From assembly GCA_040954595.2 (NCBI GenBank), contig CM082589.2, positions 12,288,894 through 12,352,893 on the forward strand: 64,000 nucleotides of DNA. The letters are read 5' to 3'. The DNA is from Balanoglossus misakiensis (taxonomy: Eukaryota > Animalia > Hemichordata). A model generated the notes under the pieces. It was not told where the DNA came from. It saw only the letters and a program-made list of their open reading frames with translations, and made no database searches. The position numbers were made by a program, and so were the translations under genes. Every line of letters starts with the position of its first letter. The first letter of the stretch is position 1. Below, piece after piece: positions 24,801 through 39,500 of the stretch.

Positions 24801-27800
24801 TCCACTGAAGAGGTATTGTACAGTAACACCTGTGATTACGGACATCTCTCTAATAAGGGATCGTTGGACCAAACCAATCGTTCTTTGAATTTTTTCTGTG
24901 ATAGGTTCATACTCGCTAGGTTCGGCCAAGTCCTTCTGGTTATGAATGCACAACTACAAATGTCACACAGTGCGCTACAGGGAAGTAAAGTGTTGAAGGA
25001 GGTAAGTCTTGAAATCTCTTTTCTTCTGGTCTCGATTTGAACATGGTTCCACAAGTTGTTTACATCACTTGTAGTTTTACATATTTTTTTAGTTCAACAG
25101 CTATGCTATACATGGTGTCCTGAGAGGTCGACCAGTATGAGAAGTCGGTATCGGCCAGTACGAGAAGTCGGCCTGTGGGAGAGAACCCTGGTACTTTGTG
25201 TTATATATAACTGTTTCACTACGAAATGTTTCCTTGATGTACAGGAGCTGAGATATTTGTACAAATAGCCGATGAATTTTAAAACTGTCTGTTCACTTTT
25301 CATGTACGTCACCGGGGTACGTCAACATCAGTCACCTGCACTTCTTGAGCTGCGCCAGTAGTCTGTTCCTTGTCACGTTTGTTTGTTTGTTTGTTTGGTG
25401 TTGTCTCAGAAAGTATGAATATACACATACATCTTCTATGTATTTTAGTAGGCTTTGAAACAACTCCCTTTAATCAGAAATGTCACAGGAATTTGGCGAA
25501 CAACCTAAGCTCCTTACGCGGATACGGGGATGGGGAACTGGTACGGATGCCAGACGCCATTATTTGAAATGACGCCATTGTGTTGTCAAGAATTTGGGAA
25601 ATCCGTCCAAATGAAAATATTTAGTGCAATTATATTTTATTAAGTGTTGTTATAAGTAATCTGGGTCATCACTGCACTATTCGGGTACAAGTTCAACAAC
25701 TGGCCGACTTCTCATACGCGCGTAGTGGCTGACTTCTAATCTGGCCGACTTCTCATGTATTCCTATACATTAGTGAAAATTGGGGAAACTGGTGTTTTCA
25801 GACAACTTATGAAGTCCCTTTCGCAATATTAACTCTAAAACAGCGGGTGATATTCCTTTTAAAATTTAACCAAATAAGCATACTTGAACTCTGTCATATC
25901 GGCAAAACACTCACTACACAAGCTGCTGTTATTCTACAGACATGACATGTGCTGATTGCGGCGTAGGTAACTACTGTCCAGATGGGTCAGACAGCCCCAT
26001 TCCTTGTCCATCAAGTTATTATGCTGACACAGCCACAGAAGTATCCTGTACCCCTTGCGATCCAGGCTGTCAGTGTGCAGCAACATCACCCACTTGCCTG
26101 CACATCAAGAACCTACTCTCTGGGACCATCAACAACATGTACTCCCCTTCTACCAGGTTTGTAGTCGTCTTAGTCGTAAAAACATATTTAAGGTGTTGGG
26201 CACCTCGAAATAAAGGGTCGTCTGATCATGTTAAAATTAATACTGATGATACTATGACTTCTAAACATTTAATCTATGGAATAAAAATTGGGGGTCAACC
26301 ATCTAGAGTTTTGAAAAAGCGCCCTTTATCTAGCACCTCTTTCAGATTTTGCCAGGCTCGTAGATTTTTGTAAAATGGCCTCAAAAATAAGAATTTTGGA
26401 AGGTTTGTCATATTTTTTCACCATTGTAGAATCTAAATGTTCTGAATTATTTTATTTTTAGCAATTTTGAGATTGCTTCATGTTCAGTATGATAATCGCA
26501 TGTCAATACAACTGTTACATTAAAGGAAAAGTTCAAATCCGCCTAAAACCACATTGCATTGGTACCTAGTTAAGTTGTCCTCACTTCTGACGCAAAATTT
26601 TGATGTGCAATGCACGTGTCTGTGAAATTGACGAATAAAAAAATTGTATACCAGTGCAAAATTAAAAACTCCCTGTGCAGCCTTCTTGGCAACTGCATGC
26701 TGGGAAAAGTACTCGGATGATGACGAAAAAGTTTCGGGGTTCCGGGTAGTGCTACCCCGGAATACAATGTTGGGTGCAGACTCCAACTATGGAAAAGAGA
26801 TGCAGAATGTCATGTGATATAGTAGTGAAAACAAATACACGTTGGTTCACGTATTTCAGCTCTCAGCAATCAGGGTGCATTAAAAGGCCTTGATTGGTGT
26901 GATATTCACAATTGATGATTATAAATACTTACAGTTGTATACTGTTTTATTTTGTAAATATTGTGTACATTTGCAGCAATGAATCCGTGCGAACACAAAC
27001 CTTAACCCATGCCGGAATGCTGGTACTTGCCAAGCAATCCAGGGATCTTGTACAGGCGTCACATGTCTATGTGCTGGCTGCTACCTGGGCTTCACATGTG
27101 AAACACGTGAGTACAGTACTTTGTCATTTATTAAAAAATCTAAGTGCTGAGGTACATTGTAGTAATAATAGCAGGTGTAGTCATTATCATCATCATCATC
27201 ATCTTTAAGTCAGTCATATGATCGGTAATAAAAACAGTAAAATCACCAGTATAAAAACATAACAGAGAAATAATGAACGTGTACTGGTGTTACCATAGGT
27301 AACTGTTGTATAAAATTTTGAATTCCTGTCTTCCAGTTCCTAATCCATGCTTCACTAGTCCTTGTCTCAATGGAGGTACCTGCCAACAACAGGCAAATTC
27401 TTGTACTGCCACCATTGGCATGTGCACAGAGTGTTACTAGGGAAACAGGTGTGAGACAAGTAAGTTTGAATCTATAGCAGTTAATAATGATAATTATCAT
27501 TTTTTTTTATTATGATTTAAACTTCACTGATGTTGTACAAACACAAAAATAGAAATAATAATAATAATAATAATAATTTATTTGTATAGCGTCAGTATCC
27601 ACAAAAAATGTGATCAATGACGCTTAAAGCAAAAGTACAATACAACACAACAAATGGCTAAAAAACAGATTTAAAAAGTAAAGTTTTAACATTTGATTTA
27701 AAAACAGATAAGTCTGGTGCCTGGCGAATGGTGAGTGGAAGATTATTCCAAAGAATTGGAGCAGCAACAGTAAAAGCACGATCACCATAACTCTTGGTGC

Positions 27801-28894
27801 GTGATCGAACAGGGCAGAGTTTGAACTGATCAGCTGACCTCAAATTGCGACACGGAACATATAGATTAGTCATGCTAGAAAGATAGCACAGCAGCTTAGC
27901 TCTATTCCTTTTCCAAAGTGTTTGTTCTTTTAAACTACCTGTTTTTTATTTATTCTGATTATGCTAATATGCTAATTTGTCGGTTTGTCACATCACAATT
28001 TTTGTAGGAAACTCACCCCTGGGAATTTTTTTCAGCCACTGACATACATTCATAATCACATGACATTGATGATCATGGAAAATTTGACCCTTTTCCTTGT
28101 AGGACTCAACCAGTGTCCACCAAATCCGTGCCAGAATGGTGGCTTCTGTCAACCGGCTCGAAATTCCTGCTTTGATCTCACCTGCATATGTACTGGTTGC
28201 TACAAAGGTGATAGGTGTGAGATATGTAAGTATACAGCGCAGTCTCTTTTACCTTTTGTCTCTGATGCATTCAAATACTGCATGTTTCCTGAGCATAGGT
28301 GTAGCCATCACCACAGCAGAGCTTGGAGCGTTCTTGACATCGAATGCAAGATTACACTCTTCCCAATCAAAATCACTTTCGTAGCGCATAATGTCTTGAT
28401 TGTCTTAGTTCAAGAAACATTATGCGCGACTGGCCAATTTTACAGCCTTTTGTCAACGCACATCCACTATGGAAATTCTCACTCCAGGCCAGATAGTGTA
28501 AATTTACATATGAGTCTACAGGTATGCTTGAAGTCAAGTCAAGCATTTGCAAGGAACCCTCCTCCAGTACACAGGTCTTTGATTTCATGAAGGGAAGCCC
28601 TTGCCTCACAGTCACTGCCACATGATCTATGGAGGTGTGAACAACTTGATACCAGCCTAATATAAGTTGTAGGCACAATCACTCCACACACCCTTGCCAT
28701 AATTCTGCAAGGTTTTTGCCATATCTGTACTGTAGAATGAGTAGCAAGGAATAAAATGGCGTCCTTTCTTAATTTCCAGTGCAAAACCCCTGTGATCCCA
28801 ACCCATGTATGAATGGTGGATTTTGCCAGCAAACATCGTGCAATTTCTATTCATGCCAGTGTGTGAACTCTTACACAGGTGACATCTGTCAAAC

Positions 28895-30012
28895 CATAGA
28901 CCCTAGAGAAAGAAGGACGAGCAACTGCGGCAAAGATCAAAGGGTTTGGGGATTATCTGTATGATGATGTTCTTTTGCATATAATTAACACCCAGGACAG
29001 TTGGACAATGACTTCCTTACTTCGGCACGTGTCGACCCCACCAGTGATGCGAAAACTTGCCACCAAACTGACACTCCTGCATTTCAGCAGCCACTGCGTT
29101 TTTTTCTAAAATTCTAAAAGTATTACGATGTCTGTGCTAATTATTATGGTCGTCTGTCGGATGAACGGTCATTTCTAGTGCCACAAGCTTCATTTAAAAA
29201 TTGTAAACAAATCATCCATGCCAAATTCCTGTTTAACTTGTGCAGATGTGTTCCATAAATGATTGCTGCGTTCAACCACGTTGCAGTTTTCTCGTCTTCT
29301 GCGAGATGTTCTAAGGTGTTTGTGATAACTTCACGCAAAACGCGAGACTTTGCGTTAGTTTATGCACAGTTTATTTGCAAATTGGATTATTGGGATTTAC
29401 CTGGAAATAATGTATGCAAAAGAACATCATTTCAAGAAAAAACTGGAGTTGCGCGTCCTTCTTGCATGTCCGACTGGGCACTCATATTTCTTGGTAACGC
29501 TGACACTTTTCGTAATAATTTTATGTTTGCGTGAAGCATTGAAACAAAAATTGTGGTTTAGGGGCATTTTATTTCGCAGTGCGTGAACAATAAAACAGAT
29601 TTCACGAAAACAATTTATAAACAAACTGGCTGGATTTTCATGTGTGCGCTATTGCCGCCAGGCAACCCTCGGTACGGTTAGCTCACAGCCTTGTGAAATA
29701 CCCGGACTGTTAGACAAAAGATGCTTGTTTTGGACGCTGTCAGACTCAGAGGTGCCAAATTCCTGTTTAACTTGTGCAGATGTGTTCCATAAATGATTGC
29801 TGCGTTCAACCACGTTGCAGTTTTCTCGTCTTCTGCGAGATGTTCTAAGGTGTTTGTGATAACTTCAGGCAAAACGCGAGACTTTGCGTTAGTTTATACA
29901 CAGTTTATTTGCAAATTGGATTATTGGGATTTACCTGGAAATAATGTATGCAAAAGAACATCATTTCAAGAAAAAACTGGAGTTGCGCGTCCTTCTTTCT
30001 CTAGGGTCCATG
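28895..30012. mobile_element. Copy of the P-like element
   Basis: Same TIRs and TSD. Confidence 0.88.
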
Positions 30013-30264
30013 GTCAAACAAGTGAGTATATACTTTCAAGACACCCTGCAAACAAACAAGCAATCTTTATTCCGTAGATCTTTAAGCATATTTATGCATT
30101 GTATATTTTGATGTGAAACTTCAAATTTTATTGGTCTTGTTGCCAAACTTCTGAAGAAATGAGGATATTGTTTTGAAGGGTATTTTATCAGTAGATAACA
30201 AATACCATGGCCCTCCATGCAAATACCCACATGGTAAATTAAAACTGTTACAGGTGTATTTGAT

Positions 30265-30578
30265 TTAAGCAATAAAACACCCCCAGCCATGGTATACCAC
30301 GAGATTTTGACCAGTTCACGACATATACGCACGAGCGATAGCGAGTGCGTATATAGAGTTGAACTGGTCAAAATCGAGTGGTATACCATGGCTGGGGGTG
30401 TTTTATTGCTATTATATTATGCCAGTATATTGAAACTTTGCATAAAACATTTTAAAAAGGCATTTTCTTTGACTATGATATATGACTGTGGTATATGGCT
30501 AATATATCACGGTCACGTGTCGTGTCTCGACCAATCAAATAGCGTGATTTACACCATCAATATACTGGTATAATATAA
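30265..30578. mobile_element. Copy of the 314-bp double-hairpin element
   Basis: Same site in unit 3. Confidence 0.8.
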
Positions 30579-33500
30579 TTCCACATATGGATTACATGTG
30601 GGATAATATTGGGTGCTGGCAGTTTCAGTAAATGAACTGCTCTTAAAAGTTGGGTGTCAGGGCACCCTTGACTTCTTATTGTTCAGTTATACATTTAGGA
30701 GGCTCAGTTATAGGAGAACCCGATAGAACCACAGCTGTAGGAATTAGGGAAATGGTCATACCCTAAAAAACTTATGTCACTACTATTTTTTTTTCATGCC
30801 ATTGAAACAGAACAAACTCCATGTAGGCCAAGTCCATGCCTGAACAATGGGCGGTGTACTCAGCTGTCTTGTACAACTTATGAGTGTACTTGTCCAGGAT
30901 GTTTCACCGGCACACACTGCAGCCAGTGTAAAACTCATTAAAACAAACATTTGTCATGCAGGAACTAACATTTACAATCATGTCTCAATACATTGTCTGT
31001 TGGTCATACTTTATATTTTCATCTTCAGCATCACACCTTGGTCCTTGGGAATCGGTCACCTCAAAAATGATGTACAGCTGAAAGAAAACATGTTTATTTG
31101 AAGAAAAAACTGTTGATCGTTCATGAAAATTTTCCCTACACAAGATACATATACAGAGATTTTCATAGCCCCATAAGTGCGTCCCAGAATGAGCAAGTTG
31201 TTTTTGGAAGTGAAGTTCCGTTCAGTATTTACAGTAATGGTAATGATGATGTTTTCATCAAACAGATTTTGAAAGTAAATATTGCTGAGATAACATTAGG
31301 TTGCACTTTTTATTGCAGTCCAAGATCCAGGCCAGCGAAACAGCTGTCTCAACGGGGCTGTATGTAATGCAGTGGCCAACTCCTGCACGGCATATACCTG
31401 TGCCTGTACTGGTTGCTATGAGGGTAACCGTTGTGAAATATGTAAGTTTCTGACGTACCGTAAATGACAATCTTTTGGGCACTTTCTCTTCATGGCAATT
31501 GAATTGTGTGGTAACTTCTCATTTCTAAAATTTCCCCAAGAGAAAAGAAAGGAAAAGGAAACAGAAATTTCATTTGTATGTCCGTGCAATTTAGGATAGG
31601 CACGAACTTGTGAGGAAGTGTACGAAGTTGGATGTTTTCATCACTCAAATATACAAGAGTTGCCTCTTGAAGACTAGTGTCTGTAGAGATAATTGTGCAT
31701 GTGAGGTAATCTCTCCTAAGGTGGTGCACACCTCTTAGTATTAAGTAAAAGAGACGTCCTTAATTATCCTTACTATTTGGCTTGAAAAATCAATCTTACT
31801 AGGTGTTCTGATTAGAGAGGTGTCCATAAAGACAGGTTTTACTGTATTACCCAAAATAGAGACATTGTCCCTTCATCATATACTTAATGCGTGTTCTGGG
31901 TATGGTTCCAGTATAATGCTTGTGTCAAAGGATTTTGTTGTGGTGCAGGAATCATCTTTGGTTGAGGTGTAGCCATCTGCATTTCATGTGTTTTAAACTA
32001 TTTTTTTTTCTGATTGTCATTAACCCATGTGATCAGAATCCGTGTCAAAATGGAGGCTATTGTTCCAAAACACCAAATTCTTATACTGACTACACCTGTT
32101 ACTGCCAGTAGTGTTGGACTGGGGCCATCTGTGCCGTAGGTGTGTCGAATTACTGTTTCATGACACAGCGTGGTATATAAACCCTCATTTTTGGTATTCT
32201 CAATGTGATAGATGGACCCATACACCAATAAATGGGGTGGAAGCATTACTAAGTTTCATCCTTTCAAAATTTGCTGATGTAGGGTCAAAATTGAGTGTGA
32301 GGTGCATGTTAAAAAGGAAAGCCTTCTGTATCATGTTGATGGCACATTTTTTTAATTTTTCAAGATTCTTACAGAAAAATCCTAGCAATAGCATCATTAT
32401 GTTATTTTAAATGTAAAGGTTTGAAACAAGGAATGAAGACATTGCTCACATATTTAAACGAAATGAACATCACAAGTACATGTACAAGTTTTTGACAAGC
32501 AGGTAATTGATACTTTCCTTTTTGTTTTGGCAGCCATTGATCAGTTATACCCTATGCCTTGTCAAAATGGTGGCACATGCGTTGCGTGAGACGGCTGTTT
32601 CCTGTTTGACTGTATGTGTACCGAATGCTTCACTGGTGCCACATGTACAATGCGTAAGTACTAACCAATATTATTTTATTCAATGCAAAACACTTGTTAT
32701 ATATTATATAATATAAGTACGGTACACATATTAAAGCCCTGGTAACTCAAACTTTGGGCTAGCTTAATGTTATCACTATTTTTGTTTTCGGTTGCAACTG
32801 TGGTTTCTTGTCACACTCTAAAGGATTTCACAGCATTTGGTTTTTCAAAACAGCCCTTTGGTTGTTGTCATGTATACATGTACATGACTGTGGAGTGTAG
32901 TTTGTAGATTCTGTAATTTTGACAATATCTTGACTGCACATCCCACAGCTGTCAACCAGTGTCAACCCATCCAGTGTCGGAATGGTGGAAACTGTGTGCT
33001 GACGCCCAATTGGTGTACTGAATTCACATGCTCCTGTACAAGCTGTTACTCCGGCGATTTATGTCAGACATGTGAGTGATTTTAAATTTCAGATGAAGAG
33101 GAACATAATAACATAACACATAATCGGCTTGCAGTTGGTTTCTTCCAACCTGTATCAAACAGTGAATAACGACACAATTTTGGGGAAATTTATTAAGATG
33201 TGTGTGCCATAAAAGGGGATTGTGTATTTGACCAAATAACAACCTGCACCGTATGGTACACTAAGACACTATTACACCTGTGTCAAAATTTCATTACGTT
33301 TCTTTTGTTGAACATGGAAGAAATTTGTCACAGTGATGTTCTGTTGACCAACTGAGATTTTTACCACTCAACCCTGACTGCACAAATCTGTTTAAAGTAT
33401 ATGTAGTAAATATTAACTGTACACAATTTATATCACTTTCTCTTCTGTGCACAGATTTGAATCCGTGTCAGCCCAACCCTTGTCTAAACAGTGGATTCTG

Positions 33501-36500
33501 CCAGCAAGTGTCCTGCACCGAGTTCAGATGCCAGAGTCCACGCTGTTTCATCGGAACCACGTGCGCTGAACGTAAGCAAACCAGTGTCAGATTTCCCGCA
33601 CAAAGTAGAAATCGCTGGGCTTTGTCATTGATATTGTCTCAATAAAGTTGCCTGTGATTGTGCAGCTAACCAAGAGACTTATATGCACTACGGTAGCCAT
33701 GATGAATACTTTCATTGACTCAAATGCTCATCAGTGTAGATGTTGCTATTTTTCCAACCGTAAATTGAAACATCAGAAAGTTATGACATCAACTACCCCC
33801 ACCCCCACCCCACCCACCCCCAACTAGTAAATATTATAAGATTCAGTAATTATGATAAAGATGGTAGCACCAAGCTTGGATCAAGTGGTCTTCATTATCC
33901 TTCACACATGAACATGATCACACGGATGTGCAATCTTCTGACAGTCTGCTACAGATTTCACTTCCCACTCAAGTGTGTAAGACCCTAATGTGATACTTTT
34001 CATTTCTCTCACCCTTAGCGATCAACCAGTGTCTTCTAAACCCATGTCTGAATAACGGAGTGTATCAGCCACTTCAAGGCTCCTGCTCAATCTACACCTG
34101 CAACTGTCCAACCTGCTACACTGGGCAAACATGTGTTACATGTAAGTCACAAGTTTTTAGGTCCCATTGGTATGTACCATGGGAACTTATGGGATTGGTT
34201 ACGTCTGTATGTATGGATGGATGGATGGATGTATGTCTGTATGTCCGTCCACATGAAAAACTTGAAAACCGCAGCGCATTTGACCTCGATATTTGGCGTG
34301 TAGATGCAGGCAGGGCTGTAGATGGGAGTTTGTTCAAATGAAGATGTCATTGCCAAAAATATGCAAATTAGCTGGGAAAATGTGAAATTGGTCAAAACTC
34401 AAAAACTGGACAACCACTGGTCATATTGATTTGAAAAATGGTATGCATGTACCTTATATCAACCTCATACAACCCTGTATGTTTTGAGCTAATATTATCG
34501 ATTTCCTATTTTTTTTGCATTTTTTTGTATTTTTCCATGTTATTGGTAAAAGTCTTTGAAATTTAGTATGAAGCCTCCTAATGTTGTCTAAGTAACCATA
34601 GTTTTGTTCAAATTGTTGCAAAATTTGCATATCTATAATTTTGAGCATTATTTGCCATTTTTGGTCAAAAAATGTTTTTCTTTAAAACCTCATGCCAGAT
34701 TGCTTTGCAATTTTTTAGGCATGTTCGTAGGGGTAACCTAAATAATATGTTGTAAAAAATGTGATATTTGCATAAATGTGTTATCGGGGAAACTTTTGCA
34801 ATTTTTGTCAAAAATTGTTTTCACTGAAACCGCTTGTCCTATTGCATTGAACTTAGGCAGCATGTTCCTTGTAGTGATTGAAGTAAGATATTGTACAATT
34901 TTGGTGATATTTTCATATTTGTGTTTTTGCCACTTTTGAACAAATATTTTCTGTGAAACTGCTTGTTGGATTGCTTTGAAATTAGTTTTTTCTCTGATTG
35001 CTTTGAAATTTAGGATATAATTTCATAACACATACCTGTATATGTGCAACTTTTATTCAATTCTGAGATCAGAAAGATTAAATATTTAGCGAGTTTTTTT
35101 GGTAAGTTTCTTTGTTTTTGGTTAGCAAATCTTCTCCTAAACAAATTGTCCAGTTGTTTTTAAAGTTACTATTTACAAGGAGTTGTTACCTCGAACAAAG
35201 ACATGTTTACATAACTTAAATAGGCCAGCTGTTACAGAGACCACCAGCTATCACATTTTAATTACCAGTGGCAGGTCAGTGTGTGTCTGTTCCAGGGCTG
35301 ACTGAAAGAAGTTGCTTCGCATATGTGTTTGTGTACAGACAATTTTTGGTCAATTTTTTTTTCTAGCACCACTTGTAAGACTGCCATGACACATGACAGT
35401 TTATTGGGCATGTTCCTTGTTAATGTTTTTACATTGCATATTTCTATATGGTCAGATCATAAGTGCTTGCAAATGTCACCTGTAATTTTTATTCTGCTGT
35501 GTCACTGTTTCCGCATAATCCTCAAATGTCATCAGATCTCCGAATGTGATGAAAACAGTGTGTTTTGAGTGGGTTTTTTTAATGACCTTTTGGGTTAAAA
35601 GTGGCAAAAATGGCAATTTTGTCTTCAAAGGGGTCAATAAGACTGACTTTTTTGGAATCAGCACCATTTTTTACATTGAATGGACTAGTCTGCTCAAACT
35701 TTCCTTACCAAAAATTCTGTTTAATCTTCTGTAACATGTATACTAGTGTACATGTAGCTGCCTGATAGTTTGCCCTGTGTGTGTAATTGCTGAGTGACAT
35801 AACGCATTCTGTGATTGATGCAGTCACGTAACCACCAATCGAACGATTGTTATAAGGAGAACTGCACGACCTTTAACCGCATTAGCATACCTGATTTTTA
35901 GGGCTCGATATTACCTCTGAGGACGCAATATTTAAGTTGAAGTTTTTTTATTTTATCATATTAGAGCAAGAAGACTTGTCTTTTATGTAAAAGAAATAGA
36001 CCCTAATATACAGAGTGCATTTTGAAACGATAGGCAGTTCCGGCCCATAGCCTAATTCTTCATTTTTCTGTCATGCGTAGGAATTGATTAGTGCTAACAC
36101 CCATGTCAAAATGGCAGCACTTGCCAACCCTAACCTCGTGTGTGGCATTGACGTGCACCTGCCAAGGATGCTTTACTGGGAGCGCTGTGAAAATTGTCAG
36201 TCAGTTTCTTTTGTCAAATTAATCAATATGTGTGGGACTGCTATACATGTATATAAAACAGAATACTGCGATGGAAAATTCTATAACTTAATGTTTCAGT
36301 GGATATATGACTTAAAGTTAGCAGTATGCAGTGAATTCAACAGAAAGTGTAATTTCCTCTTGTGTGAGCTCTGTGCGACTGTGCCAATGAAAATCTCACC
36401 ACAAACAAAAATGACAGGTATACACTGTATATTAGCAGCTTTGTCTCTGTAATAGCCATAGTGTTTTGAAGTTGAAAACTTGCAAAGTGTGCAGTTTTAT

Positions 36501-39500
36501 TCACACTACAAAGGAAACATTGTTGAAACGGATTATCTGTGTACATTGTCAAACTGTACACTTGTCGCGAGATTTATTCTCAATTATATTACTAGTATAT
36601 CATGCTACCGTCTGCAACTCTGATTGGACGAGAGCTAAATCCAGCGATGCTAAAATACTCAATAATGCACTGCTGGCAGTGGTAAAACGGGCTTTCTGTT
36701 TGCCACATGGGTTTGTTCTTTAGGTTGTTGTATGTGTTTACACCCATCATGTTTATTGTAGAACCAGGGTCGATCAGTGAGGCAACTGCTGTTTGTTCTA
36801 TCTGCACTGTTACTCGAGGCCTCCTGCCATTTGATTGTTGTACAGTGAAGCAGTATTCATCTCCCGAGCTGTCTTCCACTTTATGCACAGCTTTGACAGT
36901 TTTATCCTTGTCTACCCTATTTGCCTTGCCTTTTGAATGGTAGCATTTGGCTAAATGGTTAGGTTTGCCACACTTCCTGCATGACTTGCCTTTAGCTGGA
37001 CATACTGAGTCATGTGGTACCATTATTAAAATAGGGGCCAGTCATCAAAACGTAAGTGAGCCAAAAAACTACAGGTCAGATAAATTGTTTTCTCGTAAAT
37101 TCAACATTAGAATCAAATTTGGCGTTGGAAACAAACGGCGGGTCGCCAGTTCCTGGTCTGGAGGCTGGTAGAGTCACGTCTTGAAGACTGGCCCCTATTT
37201 TAATAATGGCATTGTCATGACCGGCCAACCTTTGACCTCGGAGACCACAATGTAGAGCTATCGATCAGCTTTTCGCGTTTCAATCAAACATTGCAATCAC
37301 GGGCTAAAATCACTAACTAGTTGATACCTTTTTCGGTGTTTCATCTAACCTTTGAAAGGAGTATAATAAAAATGAAATGACCACACGTAATGTGCATTTC
37401 TTGTTCACGTGTGGGGACTATATGTGTGCGTAATGATCCAAATGCAAGGGGTCGTGTGAACAGGCCTTAAATAATGAGTTTGCGTTAAATAATGAGTTTG
37501 CGTTAAATAATAAGTTGACAAACGGCGCGAGTGCATTTTTTCATGGTTTAGAAATCACTTATTTATATATAATTCATTATATAATGTAAATCACTCATGA
37601 TATATATATAATAGACTTGCACTTAAATTATTTATAAATCACTCATGATATATATATAATACACTTAAATTTTTTTTATTTATAAATAATTAATTATATA
37701 TAAATAATTATGTACATCACTCATGATATATATATAATAGACTGACACTGACATTGTTTATAAATAATTTATTATATATAAATAAAAGAGCATAAAATAC
37801 ATTTTATGTATATAATTGAATCGACTTGAAATTATTTATAAATAAATTGTCAGGACTTAAATGGTTTGCAAATCTATAATTACATACATATAAGTATGTT
37901 AAATAACGACTTTTGAACAAATAATTTAGCTAAATAATAAGTTAACACATGGCACCCCATACAAACATTACGTCCAGTCCAAATATTCTGCCAATTTTAC
38001 ATCCAATGCATTCAAATAGTGGACTGCTTCGCTTTCATCAAGTTTTCATGTGCATCGTATAAGTAGACTTTTGTTTTGTCCCGTCTTTTCACCGAATTTG
38101 CTCTTTTCCAAATCTCCGACACAGACTATGATCGTCACATTCTTGTCTGTTGTTAGAACAGCACACTGCCATATGGCATTGACTGTATACAGTTTCTGTT
38201 ACCAATATCTCTGGTTTGGCATTTTCCTGTCCTCAATCTTTTGCCAGGGATTTTTGTGTCCCCAACCCGCGTGAGAATCCCACGTCTTTGAAGGTATGAC
38301 TGTGACTATAAGATTCTATAAATCTCTGTTTATTTTCAGCACAAACATCATGTGCTGATTGCCCAGCTGGTAACCAATGTCCAAATGGTAACACTGTGAT
38401 TTTATGCTCGGCTGGTTATTACAGTTCGGCCTTGGACAAAGGATGTCTCGCTGTACCTCTTGCATAACAGGTAAACTTCTACCCACCAACCTTTATTTCC
38501 AACATCAAACATTAGGTCAGGTAATTTACTAACTGAAAAATAGGATGGGAACATTTTCCATTTCTGTATTTAAAATTTACTGATATAATATATGAATGAA
38601 AAAATGACAATTTTTCCAAATTTGAATAGACCTCTATTTATGAAAATAATTAAAATTTGCGCCAATTTTTTACAGTGGTATTCAAAGGTTAACTTGGTGT
38701 GTATATTCTTTGTTTGATTTACAGATCAGCCGGTGCTGAACAGTGTACTATTTGTGAGCAAGGGTACGCCTGCACAGATCCCAGTGCATCGCAATTCAAG
38801 TGTACCAAGGGTTACGTGTCATTGGCTGGTGCAACAAACTGTACCAGATGTACAAATGGTAAGATTGTGGTACTTGTTCAGTTTGCTGTGTGATGAAACT
38901 GAGTGGTATGTGTGTATGCATGTATGTGTTTACAACAGATTTTCAAGTCAGTGCGACTGGGGTTATGTGTGTGTGTTTATGTATGTATGTATGTGTTTAC
39001 AACAGATTATCAACTCAGTGCGAAATCTTGCGAGACCCGGTTAGCCATGTGAGATCTCGCAGAGTCTTATGATATTCAGAAAATGGTTGATTAGAAATGA
39101 CGTTTAATGTCCTCCAAAGAATTTTCTACATGCCCGTATACTTGTCTCAGAATTATGAAGTGAATCATCTCAAGTAATTTGTTATTTTAAATGACACTGT
39201 ATCACAAATACTTCACTAAAAACCTCATTTTCTTTAATCAGATGAAATAAGTGAGGAGCCTGCACGCACATCCCGTCTTCTGTGCCCTGCTGGACAATCG
39301 TGTTCAGATCCAATGTAAGATCCGCTTGACTGTGGCAATGGTGAATATGCTATGGAAGGCGACGGCACATGCACGCCTTGTCCAGCAGGATCCAAGTGTC
39401 CAACCATGTCACCCGTAGTTGATTGTTCAACAGTTACTGGTAAGTTGGGCTGCAAATTACTCTTATGACTTCCCTGTGTTATAGCATGACATACACAGAA

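Larger units (their letters stand above)
23580..36195 (+). pseudogene. Second full copy of the Cys-rich/EGF pseudogene
   Basis: Same exons and lesions as 8674-21435. Confidence 0.85.
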
